From contig MCFE01000365.1 in the NCBI GenBank assembly GCA_002104905.1, positions 23,099 through 87,098 on the forward strand: a stretch of 64,000 bases of DNA, written 5' to 3'. The position numbers and the translations under genes were made by a program. Source of the stretch: Basidiobolus meristosporus CBS 931.73. Lineage: Eukaryota; Fungi; Basidiobolomycota. The notes beneath the pieces were generated by a model. It made no database searches. It was given only the letters and a program-made list of their open reading frames with translations, and had not been told where the DNA came from. Shown piece by piece: positions 37,543 to 50,141 of this stretch; positions within the stretch are counted from its first letter, which is position 1; the number at the start of each line of letters is the position of its first letter.

Positions 37543-39569
37543 ATGCCACCAAAAAATAAAGCAAAGTTGTCTGGTTCCCCACAAAACCCCACCACTCATG
37601 GCTACCAAAGAATGGTTGGACCACAGCTTGCTTTGACATTCAGTGCAACAAGCAGGGTAACATCCAAAAAAGGCCCTGTGGATAGTGTGCCTATTGAGGG
37701 TAATAATGCAGACTCCTCAGGCTCTCAGTCAAGTAGGCAATTGAGAACCTCTGTGGAGCCACAAGCTGATTGTTATGCTCAGGCAGATGAGAATGTAGCA
37801 AATGCAGCACCCTTAGCTGAAGACCCGCAAGTGGCCATAATAACATCATCACCACCCATATTAGCAAGTATGTTGTGAGCTCATATCAAAGCATTAATGA
37901 AGCAATTAGCTGCAGTGACTGATAGGATAGATGCAATGGCCCAGAGAAATCAGGAAATAGTCCAGAAACAGGATGAGCCAATAATACATTTAGGGCAATC
38001 AATATCTCAGGTCAAGAAAGCAGTATTGTTGCTGCAAAGAAGGAACTCAAGTAGCTCAATGTCACAGCCAAGAATTGAGTCATTTCCCAATGTAACAGCA
38101 GAGAAATACCAATCAGTCTTTGAAACACAACAACAGTGCTCAAAGTTAAAGCCCACAGAAAAACCTATCACAGCATGCAAGGGAGACAATGTGGTGTTTA
38201 TACCAAAGCCTAAGAATCAAAAGACATTGAAGATCTGTGATGCTGCTGAGTGCAATAATGAAGAGTGCACTAATACAAAGAGGCTGTCCAAAGTCTAGCA
38301 TGCCATCACCTTAAGGCCAGCACACCATGGGACTATCAGCAACTCAAGGCCAAGCAGAAACACTTGACTTGTTCCATGCGCATTATCCTAGATTCAAATG
38401 GGCAAACGGATTTTGGGCTAGCACTGGTATGCTAAAGAAGTATCTTCAGAATAACAGCAACTACCTAAGACAGAAGAACAAGGGAGCCATGGCTCAAAAC
38501 CAGTGGCTTCCTCAAGAGCCTGATACAAGAAGGGACCAAAGCTCCAGACAAGTGTTAAAGAGATGTCAGGTAGCTGGAAGAGCGCCAAATAGGGACAATT
38601 AGGCAGGCACAGATGCACCGGCACAACATTTATCAAGGAAAAAGTGTAGTACCACTCAAGAAGCACCTGACAAAGTACCAGTGAAGGACCTGGCAATGAT
38701 AAAAACCAGCCGCTTTTACAGGAGCCTGTCACAACTATGGTTGAGAGCTCAAAACAAGCGGAAAAGAAATGTCAGGTTGCAAGAAGAGTGCCAGCAAGGG
38801 ACAAGCAGGCCAAAACAGATATGTCAGAGCAGAACCTATCCAGGAGAAAACATAGTACTTTACAAGAAGCACTCAGACAAAGAAGTAGTGATATACCTGG
38901 CAGTGACAAAGGAAAAGGTAAAGGGAAAAATGTCTACCCAAGCCCAAGTCAGGGAGGCATGCAAAAAAACTGCAGCTCTTGTCAATTAACATTGCAAGCC
39001 TGGAGCAGACTGAGTTCCATCATAGCCAAGAAGAATTACTAACAAGAATGCAGCTGTTTTCACCAGAGTTGGAGGCGCAGCCAGTTGAGCTACACTTCAG
39101 CAGGGTAGATGAGTTTGCTGAAAAAAACAATTAGTCTACCGCAGCCTCCATATCCTCCATTGTTGACAAAGTGGAGATCCTACTGACAGACAAGGCTACA
39201 ATGTCAAGAGCTCAAAAGACTATCACATTGCCTTCAGTGGAGTTTGGGAACATTAATAGACACACCAAGAGGTTGCAGCATGTCTTCAAGAGCAGTGCTC
39301 AAGAAAACGCACTGAAATATTGCAAGGATTTATTGCAAAGACTGGCAGATGAGGTGCTAGACCTTGCAGTGCCAGCTGAAGACCAGGACATGTGGGAACC
39401 AGTGAATGAACACTGGTATAAAGCCATTGGGTTCCTGCCAAAGTTGTGGAACCAGAGGGTTACAGAAGAAATACTTGTTGAGTGGTGGATTTTAATGGAG
39501 TGGCATGTTGAGTGTGGGGTTGGGCTTAATGTTAGTGTAGGGTATAGGGATCTGTATAGGTCAATATAA
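37543..39569 (+). pseudogene. CACTA accessory ORF2 (TnpA position), unknown function, fragmented
   Basis: Chain of ORFs 37543-37878, 37897-38298, 38327-38602, 38737-39042, 39171-39569, conserved in X1 and X3; divergent from the transposase with a 223-bp spacer. Confidence 0.6.
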
Positions 39570-39940
39570 TGGGCAAGTGAGGTACAACTGAAGTTTCAAT
39601 GGAAGTAAATCAACTTGTACACATGAAAAGTAAGAGAAACAGCTCAGTCTGGAAGTAAGGAGTGTGAAAAAGAGGCATTAGCCAATCAATGCACACAAAC
39701 ATAGGAGACAATAGAGTGTCCAAGCTCACAAAGTGAGCAAATTGGCAGGGAACCAATCAAAAGCCACTTATACATTGTTGTGATGAAAAATTTTGACTTA
39801 GTTTTTTGAGAAATCTGAGGTGCAATTATTTTTAACAATCTCTGGATGGTGTCCTGACAGGATCAGTACCTCTTAGTTGTGTGACTTTAACTTTGTGATG
39901 GCCTTTTGATGGGATCATCTCAATAATTTTTCATACAGTA

Positions 39941-42900
39941 TGCCACTGTTCATTTGCTGGTTCCCATACATTCTTGTCTTCAGCCGGTACTGCAAGATTT
40001 AGCACCTCATCTACCAGTCTTTTATGCTACTGTTCCTTCACTGGTTCCCACACATCCTAGTCTTCAGCTGGCGCTGCAAGGCCTAGCACCTCATCTGCCA
40101 GTCTTTGCAATAAATCCTTGCAATATTCCAGTGTATTTTCTTGAGCACTGCTCACGAAGAAGTGCTGCAACCTCTTGGTATGCCTATTAATATTCCAAAG
40201 CTCCGCTGAAGGCATTGTTATAGTCTTTCAAGCTCTTGACATTGTAGCCTTGTCTATCAGTGGGATCTCCACTCTGTCAACAATGGAGAACATGGAGGCT
40301 GTGGTAGAGGAACTGCCTTTTTCTGCACACTCATCTACCCTGCTGGAGTGTAGCTCAACTAGCTGCACTTCCAAATGTTGTGAAAACAGCTGTTTTCTTA
40401 ATGGTAACTCTTCTTGGGTACGATGGGATTCAGTCTTTCTCAGGCTTGCAGCATTAATTAGCAAGAACTGCAGTTTTTCTTGTATGCTTCCCTGTCTCAG
40501 GCTTTGGTAGACATTTTCCCTTTACCTTTTCATTTATCACTGCCAGGTCTTTCACTGCTACTTTGTCTGAGTGCTTCTTATAAAAACTACATTTTCTCCT
40601 TGATAAATTCTGCTCCAACACATCTGTTTTGGCCTGCTTGCCCCTTGCTGGCAACCCTGTGGCAACCTGACATTTTTTTGCACTTAATCTGAGCTCCCAA
40701 CTGTAGTTGTGACAGGCTCCTGTAAAAGCAGCTGGCTTTTACCACTGCAAGGTCCTTCACTGCTACTCCTACTCAGTGCTTCTTGAGTGGTACTATGCTA
40801 TTTTCCTGATATATTTGTGCTGGTGCATCCATATTGGCCTGCTTGTCCCTAAGTGGCACTCTGCCAGCTACCTGATGGCTCTTTGACACTTGTCTTGAGC
40901 TTTTGGCCCAACTTATAATGGCTCTTGAGGAAGCCACTTGCTTTTAGCCATGGCACCCTTGTTCTTCTGCCTTTGATAGTTTCTGTTATTCTTAAGAAAC
41001 TTCTTAGCATGCCAATGCTGGCCCAAGATCTGTTTACCCAGTTGAATCCATAATAATGCTCATGGAACAAGTCAAGCATATTCTGCCTGGCCTTGAGTTC
41101 CTGATGGTCCCATGGTATGCTGGCCTTAAGGTGAAGGGGTACTGGACCTCTGACAGTCTCTTGAGTATTAGCCCTCTCTTCATTGTTGCACTCAACAGCT
41201 TCACTGATCTTCAATGTCTTTTGATTTTTAGGCTTTGGTATATATACCACATTGTGTCCCTCCCATGCTGTGATAGGTTTCTCTGTGGGCTTTATCTTTT
41301 GGTACTGTTATTGTGTTTCAAAGACTCTATGGTGTTTCTCAGCTGTTACATTGGGAAATGGCTCAATTCTTGGCTGTGACATTGAGCTACTTGAGTTCCT
41401 TCTTTGCAGCAACAATACTGCTTTCTCTACCTGGGATATTGATTGCTCTACACATATTATCCACTCATCCTTATTCTGGACTATTTCCTGATTTCTCTGG
41501 GCCATTACATCTATCCTATCAGTCACTGCACCTAATAGCTTCATTAATGCTTTGATATGAGCTGACAACATACTTACTAATATGGGTGGTGGTGATGTTC
41601 TGATGGCTATTTGCTGGTCTTCAACTGAGGGTACTGTGTTTGCTACATTCTCACCTGCCTGAGCATAGTGGTTAGCTTGTGGCTCTGCTGAGGTTCTCAA
41701 TTGCCTACTTGACTGAAGGCCTGAGGAGTCTGCATTATTACCTTCAGTGGGTACACTGTCCACAGGGCAGTTGTTTTGACTTTGGAAGCTTTAGTACTAT
41801 TAACATGGCCTTTTTTGAATGCAGCCCCACTTGTTGCACTGAATGTCAAAGCAAGCTGTTGCTCAACCATTTTTCTGCTGCCATCAGCAATGGGGTTTGG
41901 TTGGGAACCAGACAACTTTGCTTTATTTTTTGGCAGCATATATGTAGAAGTGTGTCAAACCAATGGGGAAGTAGTGTACATATACATGTGTATGTGGTAC
42001 CACAATTTTATTTAAAATGCTTACTATGGCAGGTCATCATTGAATCTTACATTCATGTAGGTGCAATGTCTCAAATACAAGACTGTCTTAAGTTCACATT
42101 AGTATTGACCAAAAAGTGATATAATAGCTTTATGTTGTTGAAGGTAAAACTGTTTTCCCCATGGATAAGACTACTTTGATTCAATGCCATAAGAGAAGAG
42201 AAAAAAGAACATGTGGCTACTGTAGCAAGCCTTTCAGTCATGAAGCACACAGCCAGCATAGGTAGTATTACAAGTATCATAGCCAGTGTTTTGCCACACA
42301 AATCATATTTGACCATTCATCAGTCACCACTGTACCACCATTATCTTGCCAGCCAGTTGATACTCCTATATTGACACCTGGCTGTCTTTTTGACCTTGTG
42401 CAAACTGAGTCAGGTGAGTTTGTGACACCTTTGGGCTCACCTCAACATTCTGAATATGGTATGCAGAGTGCTAGATATGACAAAGAAGGTTCACTGATGG
42501 ATATTTAGCCTATCTCCCCTAACAACAGTACCATGTACAAGCCTGGTCAAATCCCTGTTTGCAATGAGACAACATCTATTAAAGCAAATGCCAAGGATAC
42601 TTTATGGAGCCAAGTAAGCCCAGTAATCCATCTACTGGTGAATAATGTAATGTTGTGGCAAGAGAAGTGGTGCATATCCACTAATATCAGTAATGGGAGC
42701 TTTGAGAATTTATTACTACCTCTTGCCAAAATCATACCAGGATGCAACTTACCATGTACATGGTACAAGTGGACAACCATCATGCGGCTGGCAGCTTATG
42801 ATCCAGAGACTGTTCTGATTCTAGCATTTGTCAACAGTTGCATGGCATTCACATCCAAAAATGCTACCGTTGCAACATGTCCAAATTGTCAGGAATCCAC

Positions 42901-44390
42901 CACCATTGAGGGAAAACATTGTTCACACTCCAGATATATTCCAGTCATACCCCATCTGAGAAAGCTAATGCAGTCCAACAAATATTGCAAAGCTACACAG
43001 TACCACACTCAGTATCAATCAAGCGTAAACATATCTGATATATTCAAAGGCAAACATTACAAACAGCCAAGAAGCAAGGGCTACTTTGAAGATATGTATG
43101 GCCATGCCTTTGCCTTAGCACTTGATGGATTTGCATAAAACAAGAACTCTACCAGCAAATCCTGCTGGCCACTGATTCTCATCAATCTGAATCTGCCACC
43201 CATCTTACAGTATCAGAGCAAAAATCTGATGGTAGTCTCACTGGTATCTGGGCCTAAATCACTGTCCAACCTGGATAGCTACCTGTATTCATTGCTGGAT
43301 GAATTTTGTATGCTTTCCAGTGGGATAACAGTAAATGGCCATCATGTAAAAGAGCATACTATTATCTGCATTGGAGATACCCCAGCTGTCAGGCAGATTG
43401 CAAGTTTTTCTGGGCACAATGGCTGGTGTTGCTTTCAAATGTCTGAGATCCAGGGGATTTACTCCATAACTCACACATAGTATTATTACCCAAACACCAA
43501 CACTAAGAACATCATCTTCCCACAGAGAGAATGCACAGAAGTCAGCATGCAATTGCAGCAAAGTAGGCAAGCTACAAGCCATCAGTTGGAATATGGAATC
43601 AATTAGAAACCGGAGATACTCAAGATAGAGGGTATCTGTTGGAGTAAAAGCTGTCTACTGGGAACAATGAATTTGCTTTTCAACAAAATTGCTATACTGC
43701 TGACCAAGATGTACATGTGGAACTTCAAGCTAAATGAGCCCTTTGAGATACCGGAGAAATTTGAAGGAATTGGCAAGATATTACAGAGTATCCACTACCC
43801 TAAGTATTTCTCACAGGCTCCAATCAATATTGATATGCATATGTGATAATACAAATGCAATGACCAGATGAACTGGATATGTGTTTATTCAAGTGGCATT
43901 CTGAGGCAATTCCTACCAAGAGTACATTGGAAGCATTGGGAGTCCTATATGGACATTGTAGGAATATTTATCCTGAAGTGGATCACCAATGTCAACCTGA
44001 TGCATATACAGCTGTTGTGCAAGGAGTTTGTAACAGGACTTGAGCAGCTATACTACAAAAATAAAGCTGAATGTGTAGATCTCTGCTGCTACTGTATCCA
44101 TTCTCTACTCCATCTTGCTTGTTGTGTGGAGAATATTGGGCCTTGCTTCACCTTTTGGGGTTTTCTACGGAGCAGATGTGTGGGGAGATAGGAAGTCAAG
44201 TCAAGTTGCAGGTACTACCATATTCCAATCTCATCAAGCATATTACCTTCAAGTCTGTCATGGATGTGATGAGTTGGCACATGGAGGACAGCCAGGATGA
44301 GCTGGAAAATACTGAGGACAGATGTGCACATAGAGGCACCTATGCCTATGGCATTAAGAAGCTAAGCAGCCCCAATGCATAGGTAATCAG
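39941..44390 (+). mobile_element. CACTA/Tnp2 transposon copy X3 (lacks left terminus)
   Basis: ORF2 on minus (~39941-41939), transposase on plus; inverted repeat of X2. Confidence 0.8.
42161..44382 (+). pseudogene. Tnp2 transposase of X3, most complete copy, including the C-terminal HSLLHL...GP...WGF.TEQMCG region
   Basis: ORF pieces 42533-43138, 43229-43480, 43868-44191, 44071-44382. Confidence 0.85.
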
Positions 44391-44719
44391 TTAAGTAATG
44401 CAATGTTGGGTTAGGTGTAACAAGCAACTAATTTTTATTAGGAAAGCTCTACCAAATTATACCAGATATCTCATGGTCACAAGCCAACTTCTGTACCATT
44501 CAACACAGAACTCACACAAACAAGAGCCAGAGCACACCTATGAGGGGGACTAGAATCCAGCAGGGATAAGGAGCATGTTGGCTAAATACCAAGAAGCTCT
44601 TTGCGGATATGCAGGAAGTATTCATGGCAGAAGTGGCAACAACCAAGCATATGCTGCAAGATATGTATGTTACCAGCAGTACAAGGTATATGGCAACTTT
44701 GCAAGTCTCACACAGAAAA

Positions 44720-45046
44720 TGTTGTAAAAATTCATAGTTGCACCTAAATATTCACCTAACCTAGTCACTTAGATCATTACCTTCAAATCCTAGAGAATAC
44801 TGACCAAATTCCTTGTTGGAATTTACTTAGAATATTTACCCAGAACATGAAAATTTAATAAGTTGTCCAAACAGCCCCAAACTTTGCACACATGTTCATG
44901 GGACCTTTCTGAATCTAGTCTATGTGTCTGCTATGCCAAGACCATATAAAGCATAAGTACTGCTCTTACAATCAATAAATCATTAAGTGAAAACCACATA
45001 ATCTATTTGTCCTCCCAATAACTTCCAAAATTTCCAAGACTCTTAT
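44720..45046 (+). repeat. LTR family L4, 3'-truncated copy
   Basis: Starts TGTTGTAAA; homologous to 49796-50141. Confidence 0.7.
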
Positions 45047-45049
45047 AAG

Positions 45050-48000
45050 AAAGTCCCTGATGGCTAACATTGTAAAGTTGACATTCACTTCAAGACTTGA
45101 CAGATTCTAGGCAGTCAGCTAGACATTTGGTCAGTGATATCCATCAGCGTGTAGCTTCCTCATAATTGTGTCTGCTCCAAAGTGGCCAAGTAAATGGATC
45201 CTCTGTATTAAAGTTTTCATCTCATCTGCAGGTGGGACTTTCCAAGTTGCTGAATCCAGTAGAGGAATTATTTTGAAAGTTGTAGTGAGCTTACTGATTA
45301 CAGCAGTAATCATGTGTCCCTCCCAAGGCAAAGTAGGAAAAGGTCTTAATAGGTGGCCTGGCTGGATGTTGAGAATTTCTGGGTAATGAATAAATGTATA
45401 TTCATAATTATGTAGAGTATCAAGCCAGTTGGTAAGCATTGGAGGCAAAGACTTTTGAATGCAGATATAGACAAGGGCTTTGTGGTCAGTGTACAGAGTA
45501 AATGGGTTACCCCATAGATACTGGTGAAACTTCTTCAAGGCAAAGACTATGACAGGTAGCTCCTTCTTAGTGGAAGAGTAGTTTCTCTCAGCAGGCTATA
45601 GGGATCTGGCCTGAAAAGAGATCCAGTGAGGTGGATTTTAGTCTTCATTCCAGTATAGGACAGGCCCTATCCCAACATTAGATGATTCTGTAGCAGCAAC
45701 AAAGGTCTTAGTATAGTCTGGGTAGGATATGGTGGGTGCTTGTGGAAGCAATTGGCAGAATGACTCAAATGCTTGGTCATGAGCGTTGTTCCTGGCTGAG
45801 GGAAGATCAGGAATATGGCATAATGTATCCAAAGGGGCACTCAATAAGGACATGAGTGGAAGGTGTTCCCTGAGTTAGTTGAATACTCCCAGATAGAGCT
45901 GAAGCTACTTACTGCTAGTGGGTGTTGTCAATTCAGGAGTATTGACCAGTTTGAAAGGGTCTAGTTGGTGGCCTACTGGTGTGACTATGATTCCTAGTAG
46001 ATTGATTTTGAGGCAAGCAAAACTACACTTTTCAGCATTGAAAATTAGTCCAGCAGCTGTCAATCTATTGATTACGTCAGTGACATGAGTTGCCTGATCA
46101 TCACAGTTTGTGGAAAATATGATGACATCATCAACAAACACCAATGCATATGGTGCATTCTTGAGTATTATTGTCATAACTCTCTGGAACCTGCTGGTAT
46201 GTGTCTGTAGGCCAAAGCAAGCTCCCTGAAGCATCCATTGCATATTATTCCAAGTAAAGGCAGCCTTATGCTAATAATTGGGATGGATCTGGAATTGGTG
46301 ATATGCATCCTCCAAGCCTGACTTGGAGAATATTTTGGCTCCTGATAGTGAGGAAAAGATATCCTGAGTTCTTGCAATTGGATGTTTATGATCTTGGAGA
46401 AGTTTGTTCAGAGGTCCAGGGTCCAATCAAGGTCTCTTCAGATTTGAATTTCCATCAGTATATTTCCTAGGTACCAGCATCAAAGGGCTGCTAAGTGTTG
46501 TGATGACAGGGGCTTGAGTGCTAATTCCATTGTCTGCCCACTTTTGGACTATTTCACCAACTAAGTGTTGACATAAATGTGGAACTGGGTATTGTCTCCT
46601 TGATGTTGACTCACCAGATAGGGTTTCTAGCATAACAATGGATTCTGGAATAGTGCAAAAACTGTTTCCTGGAATGGCTTGGTTTCTTTCTATGGCTAGC
46701 TGATTATCCAATTTGACTGATTGAGATTATGCTTGAAAAGTTGGGGTTGACTCCTCTTCTACTGGTTGGGGTGAGATAGTGTCTGGAATCTGACCATTAT
46801 GGGTGGCTGAGATTTAGTGAATCCAGGATAGGAAACTGGTAGTCCACCTATGTGAAAGCCAAGTTTGATGAAGGTGTCTAGACCAATGACTACCTGAGGT
46901 CCATCTGGAATGTCAATAACTTCCATTTGATAAATTATAGTTATTGAACCACAATATATGCTGATTGGGTTGGTGATACCAATTCTTGTGGCTGAGAGGT
47001 CCTTAACTGCAAGTATGATTTTCCAGGTTGCTTTTCTATTTTCACTTAGAGTACTTTGACTACATTAGGTGATACAATAGAGCTGAATGATTCAGTTTCA
47101 AGTAGTGCTACATATGATTGGCTGCTGAGATTTAGTGGCACCACTATGGCTTATAAATGAGTGATTGGTTGCTTCTTTTCTTGAACAGTTGCCATTTTAG
47201 CTGGAAATTCAAAGAGGTTGTGATAATCTCAAACTCTAAGTCTTCATATGCTTCCTCATACCATGTTGTATCATTGGTATAGTGATCATCTAGGATCTGA
47301 GTAACTCTTGCCAATGGTGTAGAGTTCCTCTCAGGACAGGCAGGTGATCTATGTCCTATCTTTCCACATTTAAAGCATTTGTCATCAGCATGTAGATTAT
47401 CAGTTCTGGTGTTTTGCTGCTTCCCTGAGGTGTTTCCTGCCTTGTTTGACTGCTTGGTGATGCCTTTGCATTCACTAGTAGAATGATAGCATCTTTCATG
47501 AAGCACACAATGCTTAGTAGCAGTTGAATTCCTTTTGGTCACATGATTATTCTCTTTTCTGGTTGTTGCCAGAAACTGAGTGGAGTTGCCTGAAGCCTGG
47601 CAAGCAGCTCTGGTCATGGTAATTGTAAGTGTACATATTTCTGCAAATTTGGCATAAGTACATACAGGTTTGTATGCTTTGACAATAGTAATATTGCTCT
47701 GTAGCTGGTGTGAAAAGTTTGAGAGAAAATGAGAAGTAAGCAGTAGATTATCATCACTAACTCCACCTAATCTCATTTATCTCTGGAATCTATCACAGAA
47801 GTGTTGCACAGATTTACCTTTTTGCATTTTAGTTTTCTGTAAGTTGCAGTTCAGATGTGCTTTCTTGTGGGGATCTTCAAAGTGGCTGCTACAGAGGTCT
47901 GGGTAATTTCCAAATACTATTGAAAGGAATGTCCACCCAGTCAGCATCCTGCATAGTGAGACAGAGGTACAGAAGTCTAGCCCAATTGGTGTCAGGTTCT

Positions 48001-49140
48001 AGCTAGTGTGCAGCTAAGACAAGACTAAACTTGTAGAGAAACTCAGTGAGACTCTTTATGGCATTGGCTCCTTGAGCATGAAGAGACAAGGATCTTGGGA
48101 CAACCACCAGAGCAGGCCTAGAGGGAGATGTAGATCTGCAGGATCCAAAGGTATGACTTCTTGGTGGTTGATGCAGAGCAAGTGTTTGTAAACTTTCAAT
48201 GCTCTCAATTACTACGGCAACATTCTCCAGAGCTTCTTTGTAAGTCCAATTTCATCTTGGTAACCAGATTTAACTTCAAGGAGTTTATCACTATAATGAT
48301 TGTCAGATCTTGTCTTGGCAAGCTTTGAGTGCTCAAGCATCAAGGAGTTTCTTTCATGCATGATGTTTTCAAGCTGTTCAGTCAGTTCTTCCTGATTTCT
48401 TTGGGCTACTTCCAACATGGAAAGATTTGGATTGCATGCTGCTGAGGACATCTTGTAAAGTGGTTGAATATAATGGAATTCAATGAAAAAAATGGTGTAT
48501 CTAAGAGAAAAGTGCAATAAAACTCTTGAATGGTTTAACTGAACCTAGGTGACAACTAAGTGCAGAATATTAGAATTGTCAGTGAGTGGCACAAATATTA
48601 GCAGAGAGGGTCTGGTCTAATATTGGTCTTGTATATAGCTGGGTTTGGCTACAAAGGCAACAGAGTTGGTTTGCTATGCAAGCTAAGCTTGGTGTTCTTG
48701 GGAGTGCTAGATATGCTTGGCTTGGGTAGAAACTAGAATGTAATTGTTGAGTTCTTAATTTTGCTGAGACAAAATCTCAATTTTGTTGCAACGCACACCA
48801 AACTAAAAGGTTCAGTAAACTTTATTTATACTTTTCTTATCAAGTTGAATTAGTAAGCACCAAGACACTGGACTAGTTGGAATCAGCTTGGATGTTGATA
48901 GGCACATGAGATAAATGAAAATTGCATCATCACTCAGCTGATGTCTTGGCAACTGCTAAGTGGTTGGATAGATCTCAGATGATTAATCACTTGGAAAGGC
49001 TTAGCAGATCAATTGAGGACATAATGACCACATGAAAATTGATCAGGTGTGACAGCTATAAATAGATTCTGGGAAGTGATAAAGTAAACCATAACAGGGA
49101 TTGGTTATGTTTGGGTTAGGGAAAATCAGTTAGGGTACTA
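45050..49140 (-). mobile_element. Degenerate Ty3/gypsy element Gypsy-4 (UTR, gag with CCHC, PR, RT, RH, start of IN)
   Basis: KCFKCGKIGHRSPAC, VFVDDVIIFS, ATESSNVGIG, FTLYTDHKAL, HLLGHFGAD; heavily disrupted. Confidence 0.8.
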
Positions 49141-49795
49141 AATTTTGGTGTTCCTACTTTGGATTTCCAATTGCATATCATGGCAGAAGCAATGAGTAGC
49201 TAAATACCAGATTTGATATGAGTCATAATTGGCCTAGTTGCCTCAAGGAAAGGTTGCCTGGTTGTCTGCTGTGAAGCTAGTACTTGAGATATTTAGAGTT
49301 GTCACTTTGGGAAAGTCAAAGTTTGGTGGATATGATGACGTTACTCTACTAGACTTTTCTTGAATGTTTTCTCTTAGGGCATTGCTGCCCAATCAATAAA
49401 ATGGTTGCAGATATACAAACCAAGCCATTATCTAGAAAGAAGCTTGAATATTACAGAATGTAATTATGCCTATTGAGTATAAGTATCTGGTTTCATACAC
49501 TGTGTATTTGCTTCTGAATATACACTTAGCTGGATGACTTATGCCACAATCTACAAATCCTGAAGAATTCTGGCCATAACTTTTATAGGATGTATGAGGA
49601 GTGTTCCTCCAAGATATTAGATACCAAGGACATGCAGGATTGCAGAGCTGTCGAAAACACTCCAAGCTTTGCATATATTCTATTGGGATCTTTCTTAGCA
49701 TATCTAAGAGGTTTTGCTTTTGAGACTTGATAAAAGTATCAATACCACTTATACACTTGACAAATCATAGAGCAAACACCTCAGGATCTTCATGT

Positions 49796-50141
49796 TGTTG
49801 TAAATGATTGAAAATCCACCTAAATACTCACCTAACTTAGTCACTTAGATCATACCTTCAAATTCTAGAGAATACTGACCAAAATCCTTGTTGGGATTTA
49901 GTTTGATTATATTCACCAATCTATCAGGCACCCAAAACATGAAAATTCTCAAAGTTGTTCAAACAGCCCCAAACCTTGCACACATGCTCTTGGGACCTTT
50001 CTAAGCCTATTCTATGCTTTTTTATGCCAAGACCATGTAAAAGTATAAATATTACTTGACATTCAATAAATCATTAAGTGAAGACCACATCATCTACTTG
50101 TTCTCCCAATCACTTCCAATATCTCCAAGACTCTTGCAACA
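49796..50141 (+). repeat. LTR family L4, solo LTR
   Basis: TGTTGTAA...TTGCAACA ends, TATAAA then AATAAA near the 3' end; no clean TSD. Confidence 0.7.

Larger units (their letters stand above)
35990..39940 (-). mobile_element. CACTA/Tnp2 transposon copy X2 (inverted relative to X1/X3; terminus at ~39940, transposase truncated at ~35990)
   Basis: Reverse complement of 39940-39200 aligns with X1 14250-14900, including the terminal motif. Confidence 0.8.

Noticed and set aside
44720-50141. The two L4 LTRs as the LTR pair of Gypsy-4
   Set aside because: TATA and polyA signals give them + sense while Gypsy-4 is on minus. There is no TSD, and Gypsy-4 has its own upstream repeat shared with 31017-31680 and 13150-13830.
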